From IMG/VR virus record IMGVR_UViG_3300035703_000106, positions 1-57,814 of that record: DNA of 57,814 bases; one strand, 5' to 3'. The DNA is from a virus. Taxonomy: Duplodnaviria; Caudoviricetes. The translations under genes were made by a program, and so were the position numbers. Of the stretch, positions 18,155 to 27,849 are shown one piece after another (position 1 is the first letter of the stretch; each line of letters begins with the position of its first letter). Below the pieces are notes generated by a model. That model worked only from the letters and a program-made list of their open reading frames with translations, was not told the origin of the DNA and made no database searches.

Positions 18155-19048
18155 TTAATTTCCATCATATTGCAACCTAACCATATCATTATGGGTTTGA
18201 TCAGAGGCTAGGCTTCTCAATAAGCTTGTGTTATCAGGAATTTCACTATCTTCTAATGTTAATGTCTCTTCATAAGTGCCACCCTGAATAACAACACTAT
18301 AGTACGAATCTAATTTAGGAAGAGCAGCAAGAGCTTTTAACATCGCTTCTTGCTGAGCAACATCGGCAATCTCTTCAGCCGCACCACCGATTGATAGAGC
18401 AGCTTCGATATCCAATTCGCCTTCTGGTTCTTCCTCTTCTTTTATTTCCTTCTCTTCTACTTCTTCTCCAATTGGATATTCTTTTTCCAACTGGGCTTGG
18501 ACCCACTCATTATAGTACGGATCTTCTATATTTTCTCTATTCAATAAACCATTAGCTAACAAGTATTTATATAATGCATCCAAATAACCGGGACAGGATG
18601 GGTCAGTAATCGGATTATAACAAGTGTCGTACTTGTAATTATAGATCACTGTTACGTTACTTAGTGTCCCATCCCCGTCTACACCAATCTCTCCGTCCCC
18701 GAGCGCCTCGCGCGGGATCGGTAGCACTGGATCATATCTAACCAGCGTGTTACCTGGTAATCCATCCCATACATCATTCGATTCATAAGAATATCCTTCA
18801 CCAAGTGCATTCTCATTACGAACATATACTGTAGCATCTGAGTTCGGATCTTTCTGAATCGTATAGCGTCGAAGAACCCCATTCACAGCTAATCCAGCTT
18901 GTGGTGGGAGAACGTCACCCATATTCCAGGTGTATCCGTTAATGGTAGCATTACCAGTTTGGCCTACAATAACCTCAGAGGAGGAGTAAGAGCCCCAACA
19001 GAGCGCCAATGCCAAGACCACCTTTGGCAGTACTCTTGTCGTCTTCAT
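18155..19048 (-). CDS. Exported acidic protein
   Basis: Probable start MKTTRVLPK after a GGAGG RBS; signal peptide; CYNPITDPSCPGY motif. Confidence 0.65.
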   Translation of the reverse strand: MKTTRVLPKVVLALALCWGSYSSSEVIVGQTGNATINGYTWNMGDVLPPQAGLAVNGVLRRYTIQKDPNSDATVYVRNENALGEGYSYESNDVWDGLPGNTLVRYDPVLPIPREALGDGEIGVDGDGTLSNVTVIYNYKYDTCYNPITDPSCPGYLDALYKYLLANGLLNRENIEDPYYNEWVQAQLEKEYPIGEEVEEKEIKEEEEPEGELDIEAALSIGGAAEEIADVAQQEAMLKALAALPKLDSYYSVVIQGGTYEETLTLEDSEIPDNTSLLRSLASDQTHNDMVRLQYDGN

Positions 19049-19553
19049 CCATATTCCTCCATCTGCTACGGAGACCATTCCCCTTTGGCTTTTGTTCTTC
19101 TTCCATCGTCCAAGCTGCTTTTGCTTCTTCACCAATCATACCATCATAAGGACAAGGTGTTCCGGCGTTCATCATAGCTTCGAACACGCCAGGGTCTTGA
19201 CACATAGTTGAAACTGCAGCAACTTTCATACCCATGTCATATAATGTCTTAGCATTTTTCAAACGCTCACAGTTAATATCCCTGACAGTCTTACCTGCAG
19301 AGAGACCAAGAATTTGGGTTTGAACCGCACCAGCTACGCCAACCGTACAACTGTCGGTAGTAGAACTATTAATGGTTGGTGCAACCGCAGTAGATGGAGG
19401 TGAATATACTGTGGTGGTAGAATTAGAATCTACTACGGAATCAGTTTCGGATCTGGTACAGATATAACCTTCAGGACAAGTTGTTGAAGATTCTTGCGCT
19501 GAAACTGATCCAGCAAATAAGCATAAAGTTATAACTAATAATTTTCTAAACAT
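18975..19553 (-). CDS. Exported Cys-containing protein with C-terminal membrane anchor
   Basis: Signal peptide; PPSTAVAP, CERLK and AGTPCP motifs; ends GALLGLLLLL. Confidence 0.7.
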   Translation of the reverse strand: MFRKLLVITLCLFAGSVSAQESSTTCPEGYICTRSETDSVVDSNSTTTVYSPPSTAVAPTINSSTTDSCTVGVAGAVQTQILGLSAGKTVRDINCERLKNAKTLYDMGMKVAAVSTMCQDPGVFEAMMNAGTPCPYDGMIGEEAKAAWTMEEEQKPKGNGLRSRWRNMDEDDKSTAKGGLGIGALLGLLLLL

Positions 19554-19630
19554 TCTATTATCCTTACAATTCGGTCATAATAAAAAGTTCAGTCGCTTCG
19601 GGTTTATTTATGTATATATCTTTCTACAAT

Positions 19631-19662
19631 AAAAAAAGGGAAGCAAAAAGCTTCCCTTTCCT
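19631..19662 (-). terminator. Rho-independent terminator after the porin-like gene
   Basis: AAAGGGAAGC/GCTTCCCTTT stem with a T-run on the minus strand. Confidence 0.75.
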
Positions 19663-19682
19663 TTTCTCTTATTTAGATAAGA

Positions 19683-20012
19683 TTAGAATTCGAAACGAAC
19701 GCCAACCTGAGCATCTTCATAAGCCATATCTGCGTCTGCCTGAACAGCACCAAATACATGGACTGCATTGCTTAGACCGTAAGCAGCTTCAACACTTACG
19801 CCATCGAAGGTAAGACCGTCGGTGTTAGCGGTAGCATAGAGACGTGGTGCAACGGCAAAATCGCCGAATGCAAGATCAGGACCCGCTTCAAGTGCAACTG
19901 CTTCATTCTCTACTGAATAAGCAGCTTCACCTGAAACGCCGAGATAAGGGTTAGCGAAAGCTGAAGTGGCGAGGGTTGCAGCAGCTACAGTAGAAAGAAG
20001 AAATTTCATCAT
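19683..20012 (-). CDS. Small outer-membrane beta-barrel / porin-like protein
   Basis: Signal peptide ending AFA; alternating beta strands; terminal GVRFEF (BAM-type signal). Confidence 0.7.
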   Translation of the reverse strand: MMKFLLSTVAAATLATSAFANPYLGVSGEAAYSVENEAVALEAGPDLAFGDFAVAPRLYATANTDGLTFDGVSVEAAYGLSNAVHVFGAVQADADMAYEDAQVGVRFEF

Positions 20013-20039
20013 TTTATATTTCCTTTGAGATTAGAGTTA

Positions 20040-20382
20040 AGTGGTCCGTTCTGTTTCTAGGTGGAACCATACCCAAAGTACTTAAGCAGCTAGTGCGTAA
20101 GCCTTAGGAGCAAAGTTATCGTTTGCATTTATTAGGTTTGACCGATACGAGGTCATCCGGTAATCTCCACGTCTTTTCAACACCTGTCGAATCCCTTTCG
20201 GCCCCATCAAAAGTACACCCAGACCTCTAGAAGTCTATCGTTTGTGTCGCAAACTAAGGAATTCAAACCCTCGCAGAAAAAACCTATTCCGCTACATGTT
20301 ACCCTAGAGTGTACTTTTGGTGGAGCCGCCGGTATCGAAACCGGGTCCAGAATGTTTATCGTCTGCTTCAACGATTACAGAT
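20040..20382 (-). ncRNA. ssrA: Circularly permuted two-piece tmRNA, tag ANDNFAPKAYALAA
   Basis: Acceptor piece ends CGGCTCCACCA at 20318; coding piece starts GGGGCCG at 20205; G3-U70 pair; tag frame 20126-20082; AACAGAA at 20055-20049. Confidence 0.93.
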
Positions 20383-20489
20383 ACTATTTAACCATATCTA
20401 CTCTTGATTGTACATATCTTATTCCAATTCCTTTATCAGATGTGATAATTATAACACATCCGTCTGAGTCATAGAATATATGTCTATCT

Positions 20490-20717
20490 TTACTTTGTCT
20501 GTAAGTGGTCATCCGGATTAATACGTCCCCATTTAATCTTTAGCCAGATTCTTTCGTGAACATAATAATCAACACTCAGAAGAATGTGTAGAATAGTAGC
20601 AAATCCTGTTGCGCTACCTAAATTACCCGTGAACATATAAGTCCAAATAATAGTAAATAACCACGCAGTTAATCTATAAGTTATCATTCGAACTAATGTT
20701 CTCTTATGAGTTTCCAT
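20490..20717 (-). CDS. DUF2061-like small membrane protein
   Basis: ETHKRTLVRMITYR...YYVHERIWLKIKWG. Confidence 0.75.
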   Translation of the reverse strand: METHKRTLVRMITYRLTAWLFTIIWTYMFTGNLGSATGFATILHILLSVDYYVHERIWLKIKWGRINPDDHLQTK

Positions 20718-21216
20718 GTTTTTTTCCAATCAAATGTTTATGTAGATCATAGATGTTGCGGTACAGTTGTTCTAACGTACCGTTGTTATCAATAATGTAG
20801 TCTGCCATCCAAGGTTCAAGAGACATGCTAGACTTTGGTTCGGTCTCTAGCCAATCACTGCGATCGACCCAGATAGTATAGTCGACGATACCGTTGTTCT
20901 TAATAGCATGGAACTCACGCTTGTTACGCAAGCCACAGTAGATATCAGAGACCTCGAAGATTTCACGGCCAATACGAGCCAGATCATCTTTGCAATAGTC
21001 AGAAATTAGATTGTACCATTCAGCACGATGGTTATGTCTATCTGCAAAGCAATCGTGTACCGAGTCATAGCCGTATTGATCTTTGAGTGCAGGGTAGACG
21101 ACATTCTCTGCACAGTGTACACTAGACGATTTGAACTTTAGTCCAAACATCACATTAAGATATTCAGCAACGGTATCTTTGCCGTGCCGACCATGACCAA
21201 TAATAAGCAGTTTCAT
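20704..21216 (-). CDS. Deoxynucleoside monophosphate kinase-like protein
   Basis: GHGRHGKDT P-loop; DYIIDNNGT motif. Confidence 0.75.
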   Translation of the reverse strand: MKLLIIGHGRHGKDTVAEYLNVMFGLKFKSSSVHCAENVVYPALKDQYGYDSVHDCFADRHNHRAEWYNLISDYCKDDLARIGREIFEVSDIYCGLRNKREFHAIKNNGIVDYTIWVDRSDWLETEPKSSMSLEPWMADYIIDNNGTLEQLYRNIYDLHKHLIGKKHGNS

Positions 21217-21223
21217 TGTACAC

Positions 21224-21784
21224 CTATGGTTTGTAGAAGATATGTTGATCGATCATAGCAACACGAGTCATTTCCTTTGACCAGTACGGCTTGACCCGTT
21301 TGGTATGATAATACAAAGCACCGTCTGTAACATCACCGATTTGCTTATGATACACACTTTGTGCGATAAAGTAAATATCATTATAGACTTTTTTATCAGT
21401 TGGTTTCTTATTTTTCTTTCGAGCAGTCCAACTAAACTGTTTTCTTTGATGTACTACATCACACACCCCATCTGGGAATTGTGGATGTTCAGTACGATTC
21501 AGCGTAACATTCGCCACAGCAATCTGTCCAATCTCTGATTCACCTCTTGCTTCGAAGTACATATTCTTTGCTAGACATTCGATGCTTTTGCTGTCTTCAG
21601 GTGTTTCAATGATTGCATAGATTAACTTTAAGTTCTCCTCTTCATTCATAACAGGAAGTGGTGGCTGATTATACGGACCTATGTTTACCACAGGCTCGGG
21701 TGTGCTTTTTACATTTTCTAATGGAGTGCAACCTACAGGGGTAAGTCCCACGATGCAAATGCACATGACTTTCATCATTTTCAT
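21224..21784 (-). CDS. SleB-like cell wall hydrolase, probably a lipoprotein
   Basis: CLAKNMYFEARGE, QFSW, GALYYH and HIFY motifs. Confidence 0.88.
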   Translation of the reverse strand: MKMMKVMCICIVGLTPVGCTPLENVKSTPEPVVNIGPYNQPPLPVMNEEENLKLIYAIIETPEDSKSIECLAKNMYFEARGESEIGQIAVANVTLNRTEHPQFPDGVCDVVHQRKQFSWTARKKNKKPTDKKVYNDIYFIAQSVYHKQIGDVTDGALYYHTKRVKPYWSKEMTRVAMIDQHIFYKP

Positions 21785-21836
21785 TTGTCGTCTCTTTTGT
21801 AGTTTGTGGATTAGGAAGGTAAAAGACCTTCTGCGA

Positions 21837-22040
21837 TCATTCTAATTTTTTGATGCCAAGAGACCAATTCTCGGCGGCATCTTCTACGTAGTGGAGCGAT
21901 CTATCTGGAAATTCCTCTGTAAAGAATAATCGCCCATTATCATCGAAGTATTGAACATAGGCAAGTTCACTTTTAAAATCAAAGTGAACCTCTGCTCTAC
22001 CTCTTCCATCGTTTGCGTGATACGTAGAAATCTTTCCCAT
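21837..22040 (-). CDS. Hypothetical protein
   Basis: 67 aa; EDAAENWSLG motif typical of T4-like phages. Confidence 0.65.
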   Translation of the reverse strand: MGKISTYHANDGRGRAEVHFDFKSELAYVQYFDDNGRLFFTEEFPDRSLHYVEDAAENWSLGIKKLE

Positions 22041-22043
22041 GTA

Positions 22044-22718
22044 TTACTCCCACTCGATATCTTCTATGATTTGGTTTCTTAGGGAAATCGCTTTGCGATC
22101 TGTATCGGTCCCTATTCTATCGTTTAATACCTTATAGGCTAATGTAATACGATCACAGCCTGCATATGCTGCATGCCAGCAGTGATGATCAGGCTCATCA
22201 TATTTACCGAAATAATACCATCTACATTGCCATCCAGGTACATCCTGAATCGTTACAATCTTCTGCTCTTTATTATCAAAGTATTTGAAATAACCATTAC
22301 CGGTTTCTGACCAAGTGAAAAGGATCTGATAGGCATTCGCATTCCAGTTGGTATGCCATCCTACGAATCCACCTGGAGGATAGTAATTAAAGAGCGCGCT
22401 TGAATGCACACCAAGTACCTCAGGAAATTTCTTCTTTACAGTATACTCGATATCTTTCCACTTTCCTGGATCTTTCTGAGCCATCTGGGAGACTGGCTGA
22501 GAAAAGTGTTGTTCAGGAAATCCAGAATGTTTACTACCCAATTTCATCTGGGCAAATAGATAATCTTCGTTACAGTATCTTTCCCCATTACTTGGAGCAT
22601 CTTCCGGATCAAAGAAATGATATTTAGAATCATTATAACCCTCGATGGATCTGAAGGTATTCACAAATCCATCGAGAATATTTAAAAGCTCTTTATTTCG
22701 AATAATGACTTCAGTCAT
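22044..22718 (-). CDS. Cupin / 2OG-Fe(II) oxygenase-like protein
   Basis: YPPGGFVGWHTN and distal CWH...R motifs. Confidence 0.6.
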   Translation of the reverse strand: MTEVIIRNKELLNILDGFVNTFRSIEGYNDSKYHFFDPEDAPSNGERYCNEDYLFAQMKLGSKHSGFPEQHFSQPVSQMAQKDPGKWKDIEYTVKKKFPEVLGVHSSALFNYYPPGGFVGWHTNWNANAYQILFTWSETGNGYFKYFDNKEQKIVTIQDVPGWQCRWYYFGKYDEPDHHCWHAAYAGCDRITLAYKVLNDRIGTDTDRKAISLRNQIIEDIEWE

Positions 22719-23400
22719 GTAGGAATTCCTCAGCCATCGGGAAGATTCTGGCAATAGCATAAGCTACACATCTAGCTACTTCCATATGTTCTTTCTGCGT
22801 ACCATTACCAGATCGAAGGTCGATATAATGAATCCAAGAACGAAGGGTTCCATTCATATAGAGATGGCTAACTGTATTTCCCTCGGGAAGTACACACCGA
22901 GCTTGTTCCTTTGCAATGCCGATTTCTTTACTAGTAGCCCACTTGTAAGCCATTTGGGCTTCATGAATAACTTGCATTTGCTTCATAGCCCAAGTTTTCT
23001 GGATCTCAACGTTATCGCATGGAATACTGTTCTGACGATTTTTAGGATCTTGAAGTCGGGCTTCTTTTAGAACAAAGGAGTTATCAAGAGCGGTAGGATC
23101 GGCGTAGCGCTGGCTGAATTCCTGGAAGCTAAAGCTTCTGTGTCGGAGGATCTGCCTTGCGATGTCACGGGTGGTCTCGATTCCGATAGTGGCACTTGCC
23201 ATCTCGAGCGGTGACCAGTGTTTCCATTCAATGAGTCGTCGGATAAGTTTCTCTCCGGTTTCTGTGTTGAACTGGTTAGCTGGGTTAGATACTCTGGCAC
23301 AGTAGGCAATAAGCTCGAGCGCATCATGAAATTTATCCTTGAATTCAGGAGCAGGGGTGGGTTCTACTACAAGGTAAGCTTTTGGATTGTAATACTGCAT
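22711..23400 (-). CDS. thyX: FAD-dependent thymidylate synthase
   Basis: HWSPLE and QILRHRSFSFQEFSQRY signature. Confidence 0.95.
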   Translation of the reverse strand: MQYYNPKAYLVVEPTPAPEFKDKFHDALELIAYCARVSNPANQFNTETGEKLIRRLIEWKHWSPLEMASATIGIETTRDIARQILRHRSFSFQEFSQRYADPTALDNSFVLKEARLQDPKNRQNSIPCDNVEIQKTWAMKQMQVIHEAQMAYKWATSKEIGIAKEQARCVLPEGNTVSHLYMNGTLRSWIHYIDLRSGNGTQKEHMEVARCVAYAIARIFPMAEEFLHD

Positions 23401-23401
23401 A

Positions 23402-23692
23402 TTACTCTCCGATAGCCAGAAGCGGATTACGCGCTCCTTTCATCTCAGCACCACCTTGCAGATACTTCTGATATGCACGGCCATTGACCTTATACTTAAT
23501 GAAACGCTTATTGGTTTCATTCTTATTTGGATTCTCGATGGTAATAACAATATCCTTACCATTCTTCACAGCTGCCATCTTGTTCAGCATCTTGTCACCA
23601 TCGGTCACACCGATACCAGCGGTAGACATAGAGCTACGACGTTCACCCTTTGAAGTCTTGGTGACGCCACTTGATTTTTTACCTTTAGCCAT
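23402..23692 (-). CDS. Basic hypothetical protein
   Basis: 96 aa; TIENPNKNETNKRFIK motif; GGAG RBS. Confidence 0.65.
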   Translation of the reverse strand: MAKGKKSSGVTKTSKGERRSSMSTAGIGVTDGDKMLNKMAAVKNGKDIVITIENPNKNETNKRFIKYKVNGRAYQKYLQGGAEMKGARNPLLAIGE

Positions 23693-23695
23693 AAT

Positions 23696-24184
23696 TCACT
23701 CCTTAATATAATACCAGATCATGTCCGGTCCAGTTTGATAATTTTTTCCGCATCTTTCTTCTACGGCTCTTTTCACATCGGTCAGCTCTATGTCATGACC
23801 ACATATATATCCGCCTTTTTTTACCTTTGGCTCCCAAAGTTTAATATCGCCTTTAACTGCCGAATAGCTATGATCAGCATCAATAAAGACGAAATCAAGG
23901 GATTCATTTTCAAAATCATGAACGGCTTGTGTAGTCTTTTTACGGTGAATAATAGCTCTTGAGTTACTCTCCGCGTATTCTAAAACCTCTTTACAGTATC
24001 TTTTATACTCAGGGGATTCACCCCAGATATCAACCCCATGCAGAGTTAATTGAGGACAATTCTCAATTAAGTGTTTAAAGGTTACGCCTTCTTGTACACC
24101 TAACTCGGCACCAGATGTAAAGTTATTGGTTTTGACTAGACTCTCTAGCCAAAGCTTTCTATGGTTTTCTGGATGTTTTGTCAT
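23696..24184 (-). CDS. Class I SAM methyltransferase (Methyltransf_24-like)
   Basis: ELGVQEG, DFVFIDADHSY and GGYICGHD motifs. Confidence 0.85.
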   Translation of the reverse strand: MTKHPENHRKLWLESLVKTNNFTSGAELGVQEGVTFKHLIENCPQLTLHGVDIWGESPEYKRYCKEVLEYAESNSRAIIHRKKTTQAVHDFENESLDFVFIDADHSYSAVKGDIKLWEPKVKKGGYICGHDIELTDVKRAVEERCGKNYQTGPDMIWYYIKE

Positions 24185-25563
24185 TAAAATTTAAAATCCT
24201 GGAACTTTTCTTTTTCAGCGTTATTGATATCGGTCTTATCGAAGACTGGTGTATCATCTACTAGATTATGATCAGTAGAATCAGCATCGAATAGCCTCAT
24301 CTTAGCTCTATCTATCCCAACAATGAAACGCTTATTCTTATTGGGATCGTTGTAACGGTTCTTAAGTTGTTTAACCATGATCTGACCTTGCGCCTCCAAT
24401 TCTTCGTTGGAGACCATTGCAAACATCAGGTCGGCGGTAGCGGGTAGTCCAAAAGACTCGGACGTATCTTCAAGCCCAGGATCCGAGCTACTGTAACCAG
24501 TACGTGTCGTCTGCGTTGCAGAGATGATCGGTAGGTTGAATTCGACTGCAAGTCCGCGAAGCTCCTCTGCGATTGCTTTAATATATGCATAGCTATTTAC
24601 CGCTCCACCCATTTTCATACGAGATGACGAGCAGATATTGAGATAGTCTATCATAATCATCTGAGGAATGAAACCCTTTTTTAGCTTCAATTCGTTCAAT
24701 AGTGATCGGAAGTGGTTAGCATTTGCCTGACCGGTAGGATATTCCTTAATAATCAGTTTACCGTTAGTCTTTGTCTTCAGTTTGTTAACCGCATTGGAGA
24801 ACATCTCTTTGCTCATGTTCTCGATCTGGTCAATCGGGATATCAAGCAGGTTTGCGTCAATACGTTCAGCAATACGTTCTTCACTCATTTCCATAGTGAT
24901 GTATAGAACGTTCTTACCTAGGTTAAGAGCACTAGCAGCAAGATGACACATAAAAAGAGACTTCCCAACACCTGTGCCAGCCAGAACGATGTTGAGAGTT
25001 TTATTAGGAAGTCCTCCCTTTGTGATGGTGTTAAGGAGCTCGATGTCGAAGGGGATTCTTTCCTCTTGCTCATGATAGAACGCGTATCTTTCAAGTACAT
25101 TCTCCAAATAGTCGTGGCCGATGTTCGTATCAAAGGTAACTGCCAATGCCTTCTGTAGCAAATCAGGCAATGCATCTTTCGTAAGCTTCTGGTGCTTACC
25201 ATCAATGACCGAGATTGATTCCATAATCGCATTGAACAGTGCACGATCCTGGCACCATTTCTCTGTACGATTATAAAGCCAAGCCTCGTCAGCTTCATCC
25301 TTCTTAAAGATTTCAGGTAGGATTTCTACTGCATGACGATACTGTTCATCAGTAAAACCGTTTGACTCGTCAATCTCGATCTTAAATGTTTCTGCATTGG
25401 GCAGCTTATTGTACTTTGCAACAAACTTCGCTACCTCACGAAACATCTGCTGGTATACACCGTCGAAGTATTCTGGACGAATGAAGGGCAACACTCGACG
25501 CATATACCCTTCATTCGTTAGCAGATTACGTAGAACAGTCTGTTCAATATTCGCATTAATCAC
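24184..25563 (-). CDS. gp41: Replicative DnaB-like helicase
   Basis: AGTGVGKS Walker A; IDYLNI, SATQTTR and QLKNRY; probable GTG start at 25563. Confidence 0.95.
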   Translation of the reverse strand: MINANIEQTVLRNLLTNEGYMRRVLPFIRPEYFDGVYQQMFREVAKFVAKYNKLPNAETFKIEIDESNGFTDEQYRHAVEILPEIFKKDEADEAWLYNRTEKWCQDRALFNAIMESISVIDGKHQKLTKDALPDLLQKALAVTFDTNIGHDYLENVLERYAFYHEQEERIPFDIELLNTITKGGLPNKTLNIVLAGTGVGKSLFMCHLAASALNLGKNVLYITMEMSEERIAERIDANLLDIPIDQIENMSKEMFSNAVNKLKTKTNGKLIIKEYPTGQANANHFRSLLNELKLKKGFIPQMIMIDYLNICSSSRMKMGGAVNSYAYIKAIAEELRGLAVEFNLPIISATQTTRTGYSSSDPGLEDTSESFGLPATADLMFAMVSNEELEAQGQIMVKQLKNRYNDPNKNKRFIVGIDRAKMRLFDADSTDHNLVDDTPVFDKTDINNAEKEKFQDFKF

Positions 25564-25831
25564 TTTTATTATTTTCCCTCGTAACAGAATTCTCCAGTAT
25601 GTTTGATAGTACCATAGCTGCAGTGTTCTGTAAATCAAGATTTGTCTCTGCATCCAAACCTTCATCAGGACTGGATACAATCTCGAAATTAAAAGTAAGG
25701 TGCTCGCCATCATTCGAGACCTGGAGCCGTTTATAGTTAATCACAGTCTCTGTGAATTCTCCGGTGAGGATCCGTATATCCCAGTTCTCACCTTCGCCTG
25801 GGATTAGCTCATAATCAATATTTTCTTTCAT
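25556..25831 (-). CDS. Conserved hypothetical protein at the T4 gp40 position
   Basis: 91 aa, lies between uvsX and gp41. Confidence 0.6.
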   Translation of the reverse strand: MKENIDYELIPGEGENWDIRILTGEFTETVINYKRLQVSNDGEHLTFNFEIVSSPDEGLDAETNLDLQNTAAMVLSNILENSVTRENNKSD

Positions 25832-25859
25832 GTTTTAAACCTTAAGCTAAGACACATTA

Positions 25860-26780
25860 TTACGGATCACCCAAATCGCCATTAAAGCCTTTATATCTCA
25901 ATTTGGGAATCATATTACTTGCATTAAATACTATTCTATGCAATAATCTATTTTCCATATCCTCAAAGGCATATCTTTTATGAATACCAAATAGTTGTTC
26001 TGCAATTAGAACATCACCATCTTCCCAGTGGTGGTCATATACAAATTTAGGTTGGGTAATATATTCTAATATATTTTTTAACCAAGCGGCCTTTTCATTT
26101 TCCGGAATTCCTCTAACATCATAAACCTGCGACGGAGAGATATTTAATCCTACCTGGCCATAAATATTTTCCACAACTAGTTTATGCCAGATTTGTTTTT
26201 TAATCATTTCTTCTACTCTATTTCCAGTGTCTTTTCTTCTTTTCACCTGATCATCATCTTTTTTCCATTTATGATTCCCATATTGAATTTCTATATTGGA
26301 ATATAACTCTTTTTCTTCTGCTGATAAATGGTTATATGCTATAATATTATTAGTGAAACTTGTTATTGAACCTTTACTTCCTTGTTTTGAATAAAGATAA
26401 ACAAATGGTCTTCTATGCGGCTTATCTGGTTGATTATTATGCCATTCTAAATCCCCATGATGACCAAAAAGTCCTGGTTCACCATATATCGGATGTTTTT
26501 TATTGGTGACTCTCATAATTGAATTAAATTCTCTACTGAGCAATATAGATTTAATATTATTATGAGCTCTGTCAAAGTCCTCTCTCCGGAATGCCTCCGT
26601 ATCACCAAAGGATAAACAGAATTCCGTTTCTTCTTCTGGGGTTAAATCTTGTCCTCTAAACACAACACAAGTGTTTTTAATAATAAGATCTAGTACTTGC
26701 CTTTTATCAGCCTGGGATAAACTTTGTATAGGTGTATGAATTATAACTGTCCATCCGTTTTCGTGTATACTATACTCCAT
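25860..26780 (-). CDS. TauD/TfdA-family dioxygenase
   Basis: VVFRGQDLT, LEWHNN, HHWEDGDVLI and HKR...RLLHR motifs. Confidence 0.82.
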   Translation of the reverse strand: MEYSIHENGWTVIIHTPIQSLSQADKRQVLDLIIKNTCVVFRGQDLTPEEETEFCLSFGDTEAFRREDFDRAHNNIKSILLSREFNSIMRVTNKKHPIYGEPGLFGHHGDLEWHNNQPDKPHRRPFVYLYSKQGSKGSITSFTNNIIAYNHLSAEEKELYSNIEIQYGNHKWKKDDDQVKRRKDTGNRVEEMIKKQIWHKLVVENIYGQVGLNISPSQVYDVRGIPENEKAAWLKNILEYITQPKFVYDHHWEDGDVLIAEQLFGIHKRYAFEDMENRLLHRIVFNASNMIPKLRYKGFNGDLGDP

Positions 26781-27847
26781 TATTCCTCCGAATCTTCTAT
26801 TTCAGTTTCCACAATAGCATCCATACTTACAAGAGACTCATGACCAATGCTGTATTGCTTTTGGATGAATTCCTTAAAGTCTGTACGACTAAAGATCGGA
26901 TCCCAGAATTCTTTCGTAAGGGTAGCATCAAGACGAACCTTACCAGATAGTACTTCGCCAGTCTTTGGATTAAACCCTTCATACCAACCCATAGAAGGGT
27001 TACGCACGTACCCGCCAGCTTTACCGACTTCGGTCAGACCAGAGTATTTCTGTACGCCACCTTCCCAGTTAACGGTAATCGGAATCTTAGACTTCTCTTT
27101 GACGTAACGAGATTTCTCTACGTTAATAACAAAGTTATAGCCAACAATCTCGGTGCCTTTCTTTTCCTGCTGACGACCGAGGATCCAGATGTTATCTGCA
27201 GAGTAATAGATGCCAGTACCGCCAGACACGATTGCTTTCGGGAACAAACCCATCTCCTGATAGGTATGGTTAACCGCAATCATTGGGATGTCTTTCATCG
27301 CAAGATAAGGCGTTGCCATACGGAACAAACCTTTCAATGCCTTCGCGCGAGACATATCAGCAACTGATTTCTCGTTCAGTGCATCTTCCATTTCTTTCTT
27401 CGAAGCAAGGTTACCAATAGAGTCGATAACCACGATAACCTTATCATCGCGGCTCAAGGCTTCAAGCTGGTTAATCATATCGAACTTCAGTTCTTCTACG
27501 TTCGTAATCGGCGTGTGAAGAACACGATTGGTGTCAATACCGAACTGTTTAAAGTAGGAAGCAGGCGAACCGAATTCCGAATCATAGAAAAGCATAACCG
27601 ATTCAGGGTATTTGTTCATATACGCAGCAGCCATAAGCAATGCGAATGACGTCTTAAAGTGCTTTGACGGACCAGCTAGCACTGTAAGACCTGGTGCAAG
27701 ACCACCGTCGATCGAACCAGATAGAGCCACGTTTACCATCGGCACGTCAGTCGTTACCATATCTTTTTCATTAAAGAACTTTGACTCAGAAAGCACCTCA
27801 GTGGCTTTCAGCTTGGAGTTCTTTTTCAGTTTATCCATAATGCTCAT
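26780..27847 (-). CDS. uvsX: RecA-like recombinase
   Basis: GPSKHFKT, YDSEFG and IDSIGNLAS motifs. Confidence 0.95.
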   Translation of the reverse strand: MSIMDKLKKNSKLKATEVLSESKFFNEKDMVTTDVPMVNVALSGSIDGGLAPGLTVLAGPSKHFKTSFALLMAAAYMNKYPESVMLFYDSEFGSPASYFKQFGIDTNRVLHTPITNVEELKFDMINQLEALSRDDKVIVVIDSIGNLASKKEMEDALNEKSVADMSRAKALKGLFRMATPYLAMKDIPMIAVNHTYQEMGLFPKAIVSGGTGIYYSADNIWILGRQQEKKGTEIVGYNFVINVEKSRYVKEKSKIPITVNWEGGVQKYSGLTEVGKAGGYVRNPSMGWYEGFNPKTGEVLSGKVRLDATLTKEFWDPIFSRTDFKEFIQKQYSIGHESLVSMDAIVETEIEDSEE

Positions 27848-27849
27848 AA

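Noticed and set aside
20244-20474. 76-aa plus-strand ORF, and a possible standalone tRNA at 20318-20350
   Set aside because: The region is the tmRNA acceptor piece; there is no anticodon arm.
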